Shown piece after piece: positions 36,892 through 48,900 of a stretch of DNA of 64,000 bases. A model generated the notes under the pieces. The model worked only from the letters and a program-made list of their open reading frames with translations, was not told the origin of the DNA and searched no databases. Positions within the stretch are counted from its first letter, which is position 1, and every line of letters begins with the position of its first letter. The position numbers and the translations under genes were made by a program. Source of the stretch: Catajapyx aquilonaris (lineage: Eukaryota); assembly GCA_000934665.2 (NCBI GenBank), contig JYFJ02000166.1:124001-188000 (forward strand). The letters run 5' to 3'.

Positions 36892-37497
36892 TTAACCCTT
36901 AACTGGCATCCTCACTTAGCCATGCTTAACTGGTATCGTGGGGTCCTTTTTGGACCCCACGTCGTTTTTTCGATTACAAACTTACGTTAACAAAAAAAAT
37001 CAAAATATAAATGCTTCCTAAATTCGGCCGGGACTATAAGTGGCAGATAGAAAAAAAATTTGACCTCCTCTGACCCTTGGTTGACTGATGAGGCGGTGTT
37101 TACTGTTTACCCGTATCTCACATAAGTGACCCAGCAGCTGTAATGGTAGTCTCCTTACAATACTATACATAGATAAATTTTTTTACACCTCTGCGATTTT
37201 TTATGCTTGCTACATCATGAATTTGCCGTGTCTATTTTTTAGGGTCGGAAAAAACTGGTCGCTAACTGGTAACGTGGGGTCCTTTTTGGACCCCAAGATG
37301 ACTAGTGAGCGTTTAAATGACGTTAACTCCCATTCGAAATTTTTTCGTCGCTCATAATTTTTTTTTCAGGTGCGAAAGAGTATATTTCAGGAATATAGGT
37401 GTGGGAATTTTCATTTTGACAAAAACCTGCTTCAAGATGGTGACATAAGTATACCCTGGGGTCCAAAAAGGACCCCACGATACCAATTAAGGGTTAA
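36892..37497. mobile_element. Second piggyBac-type MITE, TTAA TSD
   Basis: TTAA|CCCTTAACTGG ... CCAATTAAGGG|TTAA. Subterminal motif taactggtatcgtggggtcctttttggacccc occurs twice direct (~36927, ~37264) and once inverted (~37458). Confidence 0.85.
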
Positions 37498-38051
37498 GGA
37501 GGTTGGCCCAGCATTGCCTTTCAACCTCCAAGGATAGGGAAGGAAGGAAGCGGCTGGGGCCTATAATACGGAAGCGACCCCGGAATTATCCTAGAAAGAG
37601 CGTGGAAAACCACAGAAAACCCCGTAGAGCATCTGGAATGATCGTGGCATCACAATTATGCATATTACATATTCATAGAGAGTGCAGGTAATATTAACCA
37701 TGCCTCTTATTATCTGTTAAGCTTGGTTAAGCTACACTTGATTTTTCGCGTTTGTTGCTTATGAGACTTGTAAAATGTGTCATTTGCGACATTTTTTATT
37801 TTCTTTTGCAGATATTAACAGTCTGAGCGATATAACTCTTACTAACGTAAGTTGACATCCACCAATCTTACATCAGTTTAATAAAGCCCCACTTTTCCTT
37901 GCATTATATCACAAGGCAGTTTTCATAGTAACTAATCTAATCCATAGGCGTGGGTGGTGTTGTAGTGCTTATCTTCACAGTATTTCCACCGCGGATGTCT
38001 GGAGTCGACCCTAGGTTATGTATTTATTTATTTAGGCCTATTTATTTGTTT

Positions 38052-38078
38052 AACTACTACTACTACTACTACTACTAC
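38052..38078. repeat. (ACT)n microsatellite
   Basis: Direct reading. Confidence 0.9.
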
Positions 38079-39453
38079 GTTGAATGTCATTTCATGGCAC
38101 AATGCTGTAATGTAACACATAATGGACAGAAGATCTCCTGGCCGTGCAAACCTAAATTGATGAGAGCCAAAGCAGCAAGCACGATGTCATCAGAATCATT
38201 TTTCAGTGTGGCCATCCCATATATTGTGTATCCCATGGCAATCAAGACACCGATTGCCGTACACCAGAAGGAGACTAAATGCTGCCACCGCCCGAATCTA
38301 CAAATATGATCAAAGTTTGAACAAGTACACCTGGAGAAATTCGCGTCTGATTGGCACAATGTATATACTACTGGTATAATATTATTGAGTGAAACAAAAT
38401 GTCACTGGCTTACTTTTCCGAAAATCCCGGGCCTCATATTATCACGCGAGGACCTATTACGTTGCCCTCCGCTTGTATTTGGTCGGCCTCCATTGCTATT
38501 CCGCGAACTAGGTCGACAATGCTAAAAGTTTGACTGTCACTCGCAAACTTTCAAAGTTATAGTGATAAGGACAAGGAACAGATGGGTCTTTATCACTTTC
38601 TGATGGTCGCGGCCACTTTGGATCACGAGTACGAAACTCCGCACTCCAACCTAGAGGGGGGCAAGGAGCGGGAATTGTCGCACACGAGTAGTTACATGAA
38701 ACCCTGCCTCAGGTGGCGGGGTACTACCGGATAATTTATTATCCCGCAATAAATTCTTTCTTGTTGAGATTCCGGGTCAATTATACACGAGTAATTACGG
38801 TATGCAGAGGGAGGAAATTCATAATCAAAAATAAGGCTTCAATTTTATAGCATGTGATTGCATCTAAATATTAAAATACGTTACTCAAGTATTCGTTCGA
38901 GTTAAACATTGGCATGTATTACAGACTACAGTACTAGCTAATTACCCGCATATGCAGTAGATGTTTGTCATGTGTTGCATTGATCTAGTGGCTAATATGG
39001 AGCTAATAATGAAAAAAAAAAATTGAATCTAGAAAATGTGCGTCATACCTGATTTTCAGACAACCCAGTTCACACTGCATCCAGATACTATCAATCTCGT
39101 TGAACGATTCGCAATGTAACCAGTAACCTTCCATTAAATGTGCATAATAAATGTTTCAAACAGTCAGCATTATCATGTTTAAACTGTTCATGTTCATATT
39201 ATCAGATAATTTCTTTGACAATTTCAGTGATTCATTTTGTACTCGTCAACTCTTCCTGTACATATACTAGTAGTCTAGTAGTCTAACAACAAATCTCGTT
39301 TTTTTTTGTTCTTGTTATTGTTCTTGTTAGAACCATGCTCTAAGGTCAATACTTTGTTATTGCCTTCATAAAAAGTATCTAACCAAAATCGGACTCGTAA
39401 AAAAACCATGTAAGCCTGGATGGCTGGCTGGATCTACTTGATTATTTAAAAAA

Positions 39454-39553
<100 letters not shown>

Positions 39554-42051
39554 GTCAGATGATGAGTGTAGCCTAGAACTAGTAGAGATTTTAGTACTAC
39601 TCGTGCCTGTATCAGGCGCCTAAGGAGGATGCTTGGTGATTTTTGTGTGATGACTGATGACAATGATGATGACGATGATTGTGATGATTAGAGCGAAATG
39701 GAGAGCTCTTTAAGAGAAAAAGAGAGTGAGAGAAGCGAGAATGTGGGATGGGGTTATTGTGTCTCCTGTGATGTCTTGTACTGTACATCATGAAACTAAA
39801 CCCTGACTATAGCTCAGTAACGCAGGTTCAGTTGGAGAAAAGATATGTCAGACTGTGAGAAAAGGGTGGAAGAAGTGGCGGGGGAAACTGGAAAAGCCGG
39901 GAAAATAATTATTATGGTTTCGGATAACATACTGTATAATGAATATGCCTTTTTTACTTAATATAACTGAAACACACAAAATAATTACCACATTATTTTA
40001 CTTCACACACTAATAAGGCTAAAAAATGTAACCTAAATGAAACATTTTATGGTGAGTGTTGAATTGTGTAATTGCCGTAGAAAATATACAAGGATAATAT
40101 ATTATGAGAATTTATTTGAGAAATGACACTACATTGAGATTAATTTTATTTTGTGGCGCCCTTTCTTTACAACAAGTACATGTGAGAGAGAGCGTGAGTA
40201 TCGAGGTAGCGCAGTGGTCTAATGGTTAAGACGCTCTCCTCGTAACCTGAAGGTCGAAGGATTGAAAGACGTCGTTTCTTTTTATCGCTATGGACCTTTC
40301 TGGCTGTTACTTCATCTCTCATTAAACATTTATTTCTCTTTGAAGTGCATCTGGTAAATAGGCTAGACCCTTCCAACAGACACAGTTTCGTTGCACCAGA
40401 GCAGCCCACGGACCATGGCTGTAGAAGACTCAGGTTAGGTCACTCTCCACCCACCCCCTGCCGAGGGATTACGCACCGGGTGCTCACTTGAGACCGCCAC
40501 GAGACATTTCCCAGAGCAATCATGCGGCGGCCCTACCGGACTAAGGCTGAACTTTATACGTACGAAGGGGAGGGCTACATGCTGGCCCAACATGGGGGAG
40601 ATAGAGGAGGGAGGGGAGAAATTTTTTTGGAAATTTTTAAGACACCTGCTTAATGGGAGGGGGCGGTCACTTTTTTCGAAGAAAAAAGTCAAAGAAATAA
40701 AAAGTCAATTAAATGATCAAGTGGCTTCGCTTGTGTTGTCCATCCCGGCAGCCCCCACCCTACACACCCCATAGTCCCTACATTTGTCTTATACCAGGGA
40801 GTTCCATTCTCAAACCTATCACCCCTCCAAATATTTAACTCTACAATTTAAACTATAGGTCCAATAAAATCACCAGCACATGCAAATGAATCGGCACAAT
40901 TTTTAGGTCATTTTCAATGTATTGTTGCAGGCTGACCTTTGACCTGAAAGGCCCTAGTATTAGGTTTTTGGTCTGGGGCCAGGCCCTACCTCGGTCTCCA
41001 TCTGTCGGATCTCTCGTAATGAGACTGTACAGAGCACAGTACATAGATATACAGTATTATCTCTCCATGTGAACAAGTATGCCCCTAGCCTGCTAGCCAA
41101 ATGTAGCGGTCCGCCTGTCGGCTGTCCTGGTGGGAAACGGGGCGGGGGTGGAAAGGGGGGAATATGTAAGGTCAAAGAGACAGGAAGGTGACCAAGGCTA
41201 CACGAATATTTGCCAATGTAAAACCGCGTCGAACGATCTGCGCATCTCCACCCACAGCAGAAGCGGGTGGGGATTTATTATTTCATTAATCCATAGAGCA
41301 ATGCCATATAACAGTGACGCCGAATGTCCGTCCTGATGACCCCAAGGAGGTGACGATGACCACTCGCCTACGTCACATTCATACTGATGTACCAGCCAAC
41401 TGGGACTGCTACATTTGGCTAGGGGCATACTTGTTCACAGCGAGATACAGTATATATATACTGTATATCTATGTACTGTTCTCTTACAGTCTCATTACGA
41501 GAGATCCGGCAGATGGAGACCGAGGTAGGGCCTGGCCCCAGACCAAAAACCTAATATTATGGCCTTTCAGGTCAAAGGTCAGCCTGCAGCAATACATTGA
41601 AAATGACCTAAAAATTGTGCTGATTAATTTGCATGTGCTGGTGATTTTATTGGACCTATAGTTTAAATTCTAGACTTAAATATTTGCGGGGGTGATAGGT
41701 TTGAGAATGGAACTCCCTGGTATAAGACAAATGTAGGGACTATGGGGTGCGTAGGGTGGGGGCTGGGGGGATGGACAACACAAGCGAAGCCACTTGATCA
41801 TTTTTATGACTTTATATTTTTTGACTTTTTTCTTCGAAAAAAGTGACCGCCCCCTGCCATTAAGCAGGTGTCTTAAAAATTTCCAAAAGATTTTTCTCCC
41901 CTCCCCCCCTTTCCTCCCCCTCTCCACCCCTCCCCCCCCTCTTCGCTGCTCCTCTATCACCTCTGAAGAAATGTTGGGGAAACTGCGAAGGAACAGTCGC
42001 CATCTTGGCCAGAGATGTCGGCTGCAAAAAAATTTTTCTGACTCTCAACCG

Positions 42052-42120
42052 TGGAGATCCGGGATTTGAACCCACATCTCCCGATTGAGAGTCTGATGCG
42101 TTACCACAGAGCCACGCTCT
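42052..42120 (-). pseudogene. tRNA-derived sequence (SINE-head-like / pseudo-tRNA)
   Basis: Minus strand: A-box-like TGGCTCTGTGG, anticodon-like loop gactctcaatc, B-box GGGTTCAAATCCC; acceptor stem does not pair properly. Confidence 0.6.
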
Positions 42121-42256
42121 GGTGCAACGAGAGTGTGAGTGTTGGAAGGGTCTAGCCTATTTACCGGATGCACTTCAAAGAGAAATAAATGTGAAATGAG
42201 AGATGAAGTAACAGCCAGAAAGGTCCATAGCGATAAAAAGAAACGACGTTTTTCTT

Positions 42257-42321
42257 TCAGGATTCGATCCTTCAACCTTCAGGTTACGAAGAGAGTGGCT
42301 TATCCACTTGACCACTCACGC
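42257..42321 (-). pseudogene. tRNA-derived sequence (mirrored at ~40208-40267 on +)
   Basis: Minus strand: TGGTCAAGTGG A-box-like, AGGATCGAATCCT T-arm/B-box-like. Confidence 0.55.
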
Positions 42322-42499
42322 TCTCTCTCGGATGTACTTATCGTAAAGAAAGGGCGCCATCACTTCAAAACAGTAAAGTGTGCAAAACCAATGAAAAGAA
42401 AATATTGACGATTTTTTCAGGGGACAGTACGTTTGATTTTTATTTATAGTTGTGTTCACCTCCTAGTTTCGGACACACACCTCATACTTTTTGCTTTTA

Positions 42500-42640
42500 T
42501 TAAGACGCCTTCCTTAATGTGAGGGGGCGGTCACCTTTTTCGCAGAAAAAAAGGCAGAAAAATGTTTAAGTGGCTCCGCTTGTTGTCCATCCCGGCAGCC
42601 CCCACCCTACCCCACCCCTCCCATTAAGCAGGTGTCTTAA
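42500..42640. mobile_element. ~140 bp MITE-like element related to the interior of the foldback
   Basis: taagacgccttccttaatgtgagggg ... cccctcccattaagcaggtgtctta termini; body matches 40638-40765. Confidence 0.65.
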
Positions 42641-43006
42641 AAACTTCTGTAATGACCTCTTTAAAACAGTAATTACCTTTTTAAATAAGTTCATTATTAT
42701 TGATATATTTCGATAATGAGAGAAAACATTATCCTGATCGGGCCAATCTTACCTCAGATGACATTTCCAGGTTATCGGTCACAAATGCAGACGTCCACAA
42801 GCATGAGTTCAGAATGCTGAAAGTTTGACTAAACAAAAGTGAAGCGAAGTGGGGAAATTAGTCAGGTGTTATGACTCAAACAACAGGGGTGGGGGGTGGG
42901 ACAGGTTGTTTTTAGGTTCTTTCTCATGTGTTTTATTAGTTCATATGTTGGGTTAGCTTGCATCTCCCTTCATCGCTGACTACCCCTCATAGGGAAATGT
43001 CGTGAT

Positions 43007-43030
43007 GTTGTTGTTGTTGTTGTTGTTGTT
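43007..43030. repeat. (GTT)n microsatellite
   Basis: Direct reading. Confidence 0.9.
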
Positions 43031-45617
43031 ATGACTCAATACGTTGAATGTGAAACACCAAAAGAGACTTTACTGTATAGTTACAAATATTTATTCATTT
43101 CTTTTCAGTTTGTGAAAATTTGTCTACCGCCTCTACCTTCACTGAAAGGTTCACAGTCTCATTCAAATACTGTGTTGGTTGGATATCCTCATTAATCTGC
43201 ACAATAATAAACAGACATTTCACTGCATCCTTATACACACAACAGAAATAAGAGGCATATGCATACAGTGAAAGTTTTTCTCTCTTTTTTTTATCCAGGA
43301 ATTCTCAACCTGCTGTCGTTTGAAGTGGGAAATATTCAAAATGGCACATCAAGTCATGTCACCTGGTAGGGTTTTTTTTCTTCCAATTTTGCAAAATGCT
43401 AATATTCATCGCTTAATAATTGTGATGATTTTGCCTGTACTGCATTAATCATGTAGTAGAGAAATAACACACGTGGGAATATGATATTTTTTCCTTGAGT
43501 TATGGCCGCCACTTCAGGTTGAAAACACCTCGCATTTAGCTATACATATTGTGCACACGCACACAACAGAACCTAGAACAAAACCATAGTTCAGCATGAC
43601 ACGATTTTTTCTCTCTCCAAAAAGTGTCTTTGATCCAAGAGGTAGTACCAGTTGGATTATTCTAAGGCACAAGCTGAACATATTCCACACCCTTACCAAA
43701 AAAATTCATACATTATATCAACAGTAAATGACTAACCTTGCTTCGCTGAAGATTCCAGTCACTCAAAACAGTATACTTTTTACTATGGCAAAAAAGTGAA
43801 GAAAAGCAACAAAAAAATGTGATGATAGGGACATGTTCATTCCGACAATTTGTTTTCCAAATAATAATTGAGCAAAAGCTTCTGGACCCACATTTTGGCA
43901 GCCTCTGATATGTACGCAATTTTTCTGAATGACTCCTTTTTTTAAAAGGGAGGAATATTTCACTATGACTATGCCACTGGAAACTCCAAGTCGCTTCTGT
44001 GATATTAGACTCTTTTTTTTTTCTTCTTGCATACATCTGATATGACATTTCGTCCAACAAGAAAACTCTTCATACATTAAAAAAAACGAATAATAAACAT
44101 GCCAATAAACAGTAACAAATCTTTGAGTAACAGCAAATTGTTTCCTCTTTCTACCGCGATAGCACATTTTTTCGTCGGCAACAATATGTGTGGAATGATA
44201 GACAATCAGACACAACTCTGACCACCAGTAATGATCCTTCACTCACTGGTGGTGACATTGGAATGTTTGTAAAATAAAAGTCATTTATGAAATAATGGAA
44301 TGTAAGGTTTCTTCATAGTTTTTGCAACCCAGCCTGGAATCGCGACTCTTTCTCACATCCATTTTCTTTTCGGCCTCGATTAAGTCCCCCCAAGCCGATT
44401 TGCGTAACAACACCAGTATAAATATAGAAGGCGTAGCATTTATATTTTTTTCCTATATATTTTTTTTGGAGCGACAAACTTGATATAGATTGTAGAATGT
44501 GCAGCTGGACAAGCCAGCGGGTTTGGAAGGATTTGTGCAGAAGGACGCATGATTCACGCGATAATTTGTAATATTACAGTGTAGGACAATTTAAATAATT
44601 AAAGTAAAATCTGCTAAAAATGAAGTGATTACCCCCAACTGTTTTACAGGTAATGACTAATGACTAATTGGTTGAGGAAACATGATTATTCCACAACATT
44701 CTCATTGTGATTATTTTTTTTTGGAACACAGGCAGTTACAGCTTATTTAGTTAATACGTATAAATAATCTGGAAAATTTCAATGAGCAAACTAAATTAGG
44801 AAGACAGTATATATTAAAATTTTGTGTGACAATAGTGACTGAATCACATACACGACGTGACTCTACGCTGAATAACAAAATAGTCAGAGGTTGTAGAAAT
44901 CATCTGACAAATGTGATGGAATGGTAGTGACACTAGCATGTTACAAATTATATCAATTAATGCCGCACCTTTTCATCCTGTAAGAGAACCTAATTGTGTT
45001 TAGATAGACATCTAATTTGAAGGTTGGTTCCTGACAAAACTAGGAACGTTGGCTTTTCCTCTTTTTTTTGTTGTCGTCTACTCGCAAACACCACACACGT
45101 TGGAGAAAAATAATTTAGAGAGCTCACTGAACACACATGTACCAACCGCAGAAAAAACACAAAGAAAACAAAATAATTTTAGTGGCATAATATAGTCTTC
45201 ATAGCACTCTGCCCCATTTTTTAAAGACGTCCGTTCACTTCTACTGCTGCACACTTTTGCACTTATTCTTTTTGAGTTGGCAGGAATCCGCACCACCAAC
45301 TAGCACCATTCACACAATAGCTTGTGATTGTAGTTGATATGCTGCACCTGTCAGGGTCTCTGTCCCCTCATTTCTTTAAAAATTGGTCTGCACTCGAGGA
45401 CCTGTCCACTTGTGCAATTAAACTGTCACTTATGCAACTGCCATTCGGAAGAGATATCGTAGTCACTATTTGTCTGTTTGTTTTTGTTTTTTTAATGAAA
45501 AGTTTATCAGTGGTCTGGTTGGGACCAAGGCGTTTTGCTCAGGTGGATATGATTGTTCCTTTGCAGGAAGTCCTATAAATTCACCCATGGCACTCTTTTG
45601 AACCTTTTGGTCTTGAG

Positions 45618-45905
45618 CTGGAAACAAAATTGATGTTAAAACATTGACATTTTGAAAGTCAAAAAGCTAGATCATTAGGTCTAATGATGTGTTAATTGCT
45701 TAAGGCAAATGTCATCGCATCAGGGCTCGCTATACGTATTGCGGAGTCTATTACAACAGTGTCCTCGTTAGGCTGCGTCAGCTCGATTTAACTTTCACTT
45801 GTTAGAGAAATTGGATATTTTGCTCGGGGACACTTTATTTTGCTGCGTCGATATTCCACAGTGGAAGAGAAAGAGAGAGAGAATGAGCGAGAAGCTGAAA
45901 CTCAC
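45618..45905 (-). other. Probable 3'UTR intron of pgant9
   Basis: TGA G|gtgagt donor 1 nt after the stop; acceptor attttgtttccag| at 45618-45619. Confidence 0.65.
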
Positions 45906-45906
45906 C

Positions 45907-48900
45907 TCAGGAGTTTGACAATTTGGACGGATCGTAGTTTTCAAACCTCCAGTGCTGGCGCTGATTGGATTCACTGCATTCTTCCATTACTACCTTCTGC
46001 TTGTCTTCGCTAATTGCTAGGCACTTCTTGCTGCTTCCGTGTCTCACGCTGTGAGACTATGGAATGCATCCAGAGAAAGAGGGAGAGAAAAAAAGTGCAA
46101 TTATTTGTAAATTGGCACACGCAGGGAAAAATCTGAGGACATACCTCATCATGGTATTCCCAATACTGATTTCCTTTGGAACCATGGCACGGATAGAGGA
46201 TGACTTCTGGACCACCGGAATAGTCCAAGCAGGCTTCGTCGCGACGTATCTCTCCCGTTTTGCTCAACATCCAGAACTGAATGAAAAACACAAGGGAGTA
46301 TTAACACGTGGCGTTTATTACGAACATGCGAAGTTTCTAATCATTATGAAAAATCTACAGATGGTTCAGTGCTCATGATTGGCCTAACTGCTCCATCAAA
46401 AACTATTTTACTTTTAATTCAGGAATTTTGATCGCATTTTGTGTTCTCACAGATTAAATGCACAAGGGGATAAATATAGAAATATTTTATGTAATTACAA
46501 TGATATACAGTGCAGGCCATCTTATTAAAAACAATGTCTATGTTAAATGTAGTCACGGAGATCGAATTTAATTTTTTTGGAGGTCGATGTTCAATGTTTG
46601 CACTGCAGACTTTCATCTGGAGTGTAAATTACTTACTTGGAGTGCTTCATTTTTAATTACTGCGTATAGCCATGCTTATAAGCAGAGCCAATTGTAGTGC
46701 AAACTTTGCACTCCAAGGCTCAGTTTGGAATGCAGGTAACAATATTTTGAAACTCAAATTGCACCTTTGCATCCAAATATTCCGACCTCTAGCTGCAGAC
46801 ATTTTATGGAGGTTACTAGTCAATGCAATATCTGCTCAGGTACAAAGAACTACGATTAAGTGAAACTATATGATTCATCTATCAGAAGAAATATTTTCAA
46901 TCATTGCGTCGCGAATATTACTCTTAACTGATGACTCCTCGTTATTCAATTACTATAGGGCAATGTTCAGGACTGAGACAATATATTGCATTGCTCCCTT
47001 TCGCAATAAAATCGCAGAATGGAAAAGTTGCATCGAAAACGCGCAGCTTACCTCGTGATTTCATCACCCAATCCCTCCCATACTTTATAGCATAAGGACA
47101 ACGTGCGAAGTAAAAAATACTTTACCACATTCGCCAAACGGATTTCCATTGTTGAACCTGACTCACTAAATACTAGTCAACAAAAAAGACACCTGCAACT
47201 ATCCGCTCGTCCTTCAGTGGCGGGTCACATGTGCCCAAATTATTTTGTAAAGAGTAGACTCACCTGATGGCCCCCTTGGCCGTGGCAGGGCCAGAGACCC
47301 ACCGATTTGTGCATGTCATCCGGATTACATGCGGAGTCAATGCACTGGCCTTCGTGGCCGTGGATCTAAACAAAAATAACAAACGCTCTCAAGACACATG
47401 TAAAGAACCGGTTCCACCCTCTGGGATTCAGGCCAAAGAATCTTTTCGCGGCACGCATTTTATTCTTTCTCTTCGGGGTCTGATTGGCTGAGAATGTCAG
47501 AAGGTGAAACATCGTACACTCCACACCAACCTGGTTTCCTCCCTGCTTGTGGCAAGGATAAAGCCCGATTGGTTTGTGCATGTCAGCTCGACGAGCAGGT
47601 GAATCCAAACAAATGCTGCCACCTAGACCCAGGTTACGGACCTACACATAATTTGGGAGGAAGTAAGGCATTGTCAGCTGGACTCAAGCACCAAACACCA
47701 ACAGAGAAAGGCTGGAACAAGTGCTGGATAAAAATATGTACAATGAATATGATGAGGACTGCTGACTTTCCAGATTTCTATGATACAAAATTTGGCAAAT
47801 CAGCATTATGTTGAAATCTGACAAATGATGTAAGCATATGTGACGTTATTGATTGGTTAACTGATGAATATGGTACAGGCAGGTGTGACAATAATAGCGG
47901 ACATCATTTGGCAGGTCCCAATGTCCTCGCAGTACAATCCATAACCATACAAAAATGATTTTATGTGAAAATGTCGTGTCGTAACCACAACCGGACGAAT
48001 GTATGTACAATATGCAGTGGACAAAATGAGCGAACAGGAAGCCTGGCGATAGGAAAGTTGCAAGACCAAATCCTTTCCGTAACTTCTGGTAGTCATTCCC
48101 CAACATATTTTTCGCGCTAGAAACGTCGCGTGTTCATTTATAAAAATGTGAGCCAATCTTAATATGCATTCAATTCGATCGTTATTTGGGGAAAAGACTA
48201 TTAGTGACCGCTACAATTTCTATATAAAAAAAACCCACCCTCTACTACCTGGGCATACAAAGAATGAAAATGGACAGAAACAGTGAGAAGAAATAGACAT
48301 TATAGACACAAGACTTCCACATGACAGGACCAAGAGTCACCAAACTGATGCACGAATAAGAACTTAAGATCTAAATAATAATCGGCCATTTGCAAAACAA
48401 TAAATTTGTAGTTGATTTCGGCAAGAATTAATGCCATTATTAAATTCTGGAACAAAATTGTGACACGACCGATCTCTACATTACTTTCAATGAATTTCTA
48501 CACTTGAAATAGCCCACAGTCCTTTTCAGTTGTCTAATCTTTAAAATTTTAAAGCAGTTTTTTCGTTAATCTCAGAAAATATTTAATCAAATTGACTGAA
48601 AATTAATATAATAATTGGGTCAGTTACTAGAAATAGCGAAAACATTGGGCACTAGTTCGAGTGAAGTTCGAGTTTAAAATTTCATCAAATTTTAAAATGC
48701 AGAATTTTACAAAAAAAAAAAAATCGTTTTAATTTTAATGTCGATTATAATTAAGCCCATGACACTTACCTCTCCCGACGCGACAGCTTCTCCCGGGATA
48801 AATAATTCAGGATAAACATTATCCAAATACCACTTGAAGGACTTGCAGCCAAGCTTCTTCCTTAAGTCTTTTCTCGACGAAACGTCTCCGTAGTCTTCCT

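Larger units (their letters stand above)
40154..42359. mobile_element. Long imperfect inverted repeat / foldback-like element; arms ~40154-41123 and ~41393-42359, spacer ~270 bp
   Basis: Ends tggcgccctttctttac...gtaaagaaagggcgcca. Mirrored ORFs on opposite strands (e.g. 40853-41044 - vs 41314-41661 +). A non-matching patch lies at ~40400-40600 vs ~41940-42115. Confidence 0.9.

Noticed and set aside
40154..40170. TGGCGCCC as a tRNA-Lys primer-binding site of an LTR element (also at ~8826)
   Set aside because: Match stops after about 8-10 nt; no LTRs or gag/pol seen.
42052..42321. Functional tRNA genes
   Set aside because: Acceptor and anticodon stems do not pair properly and they are embedded in a repeat.
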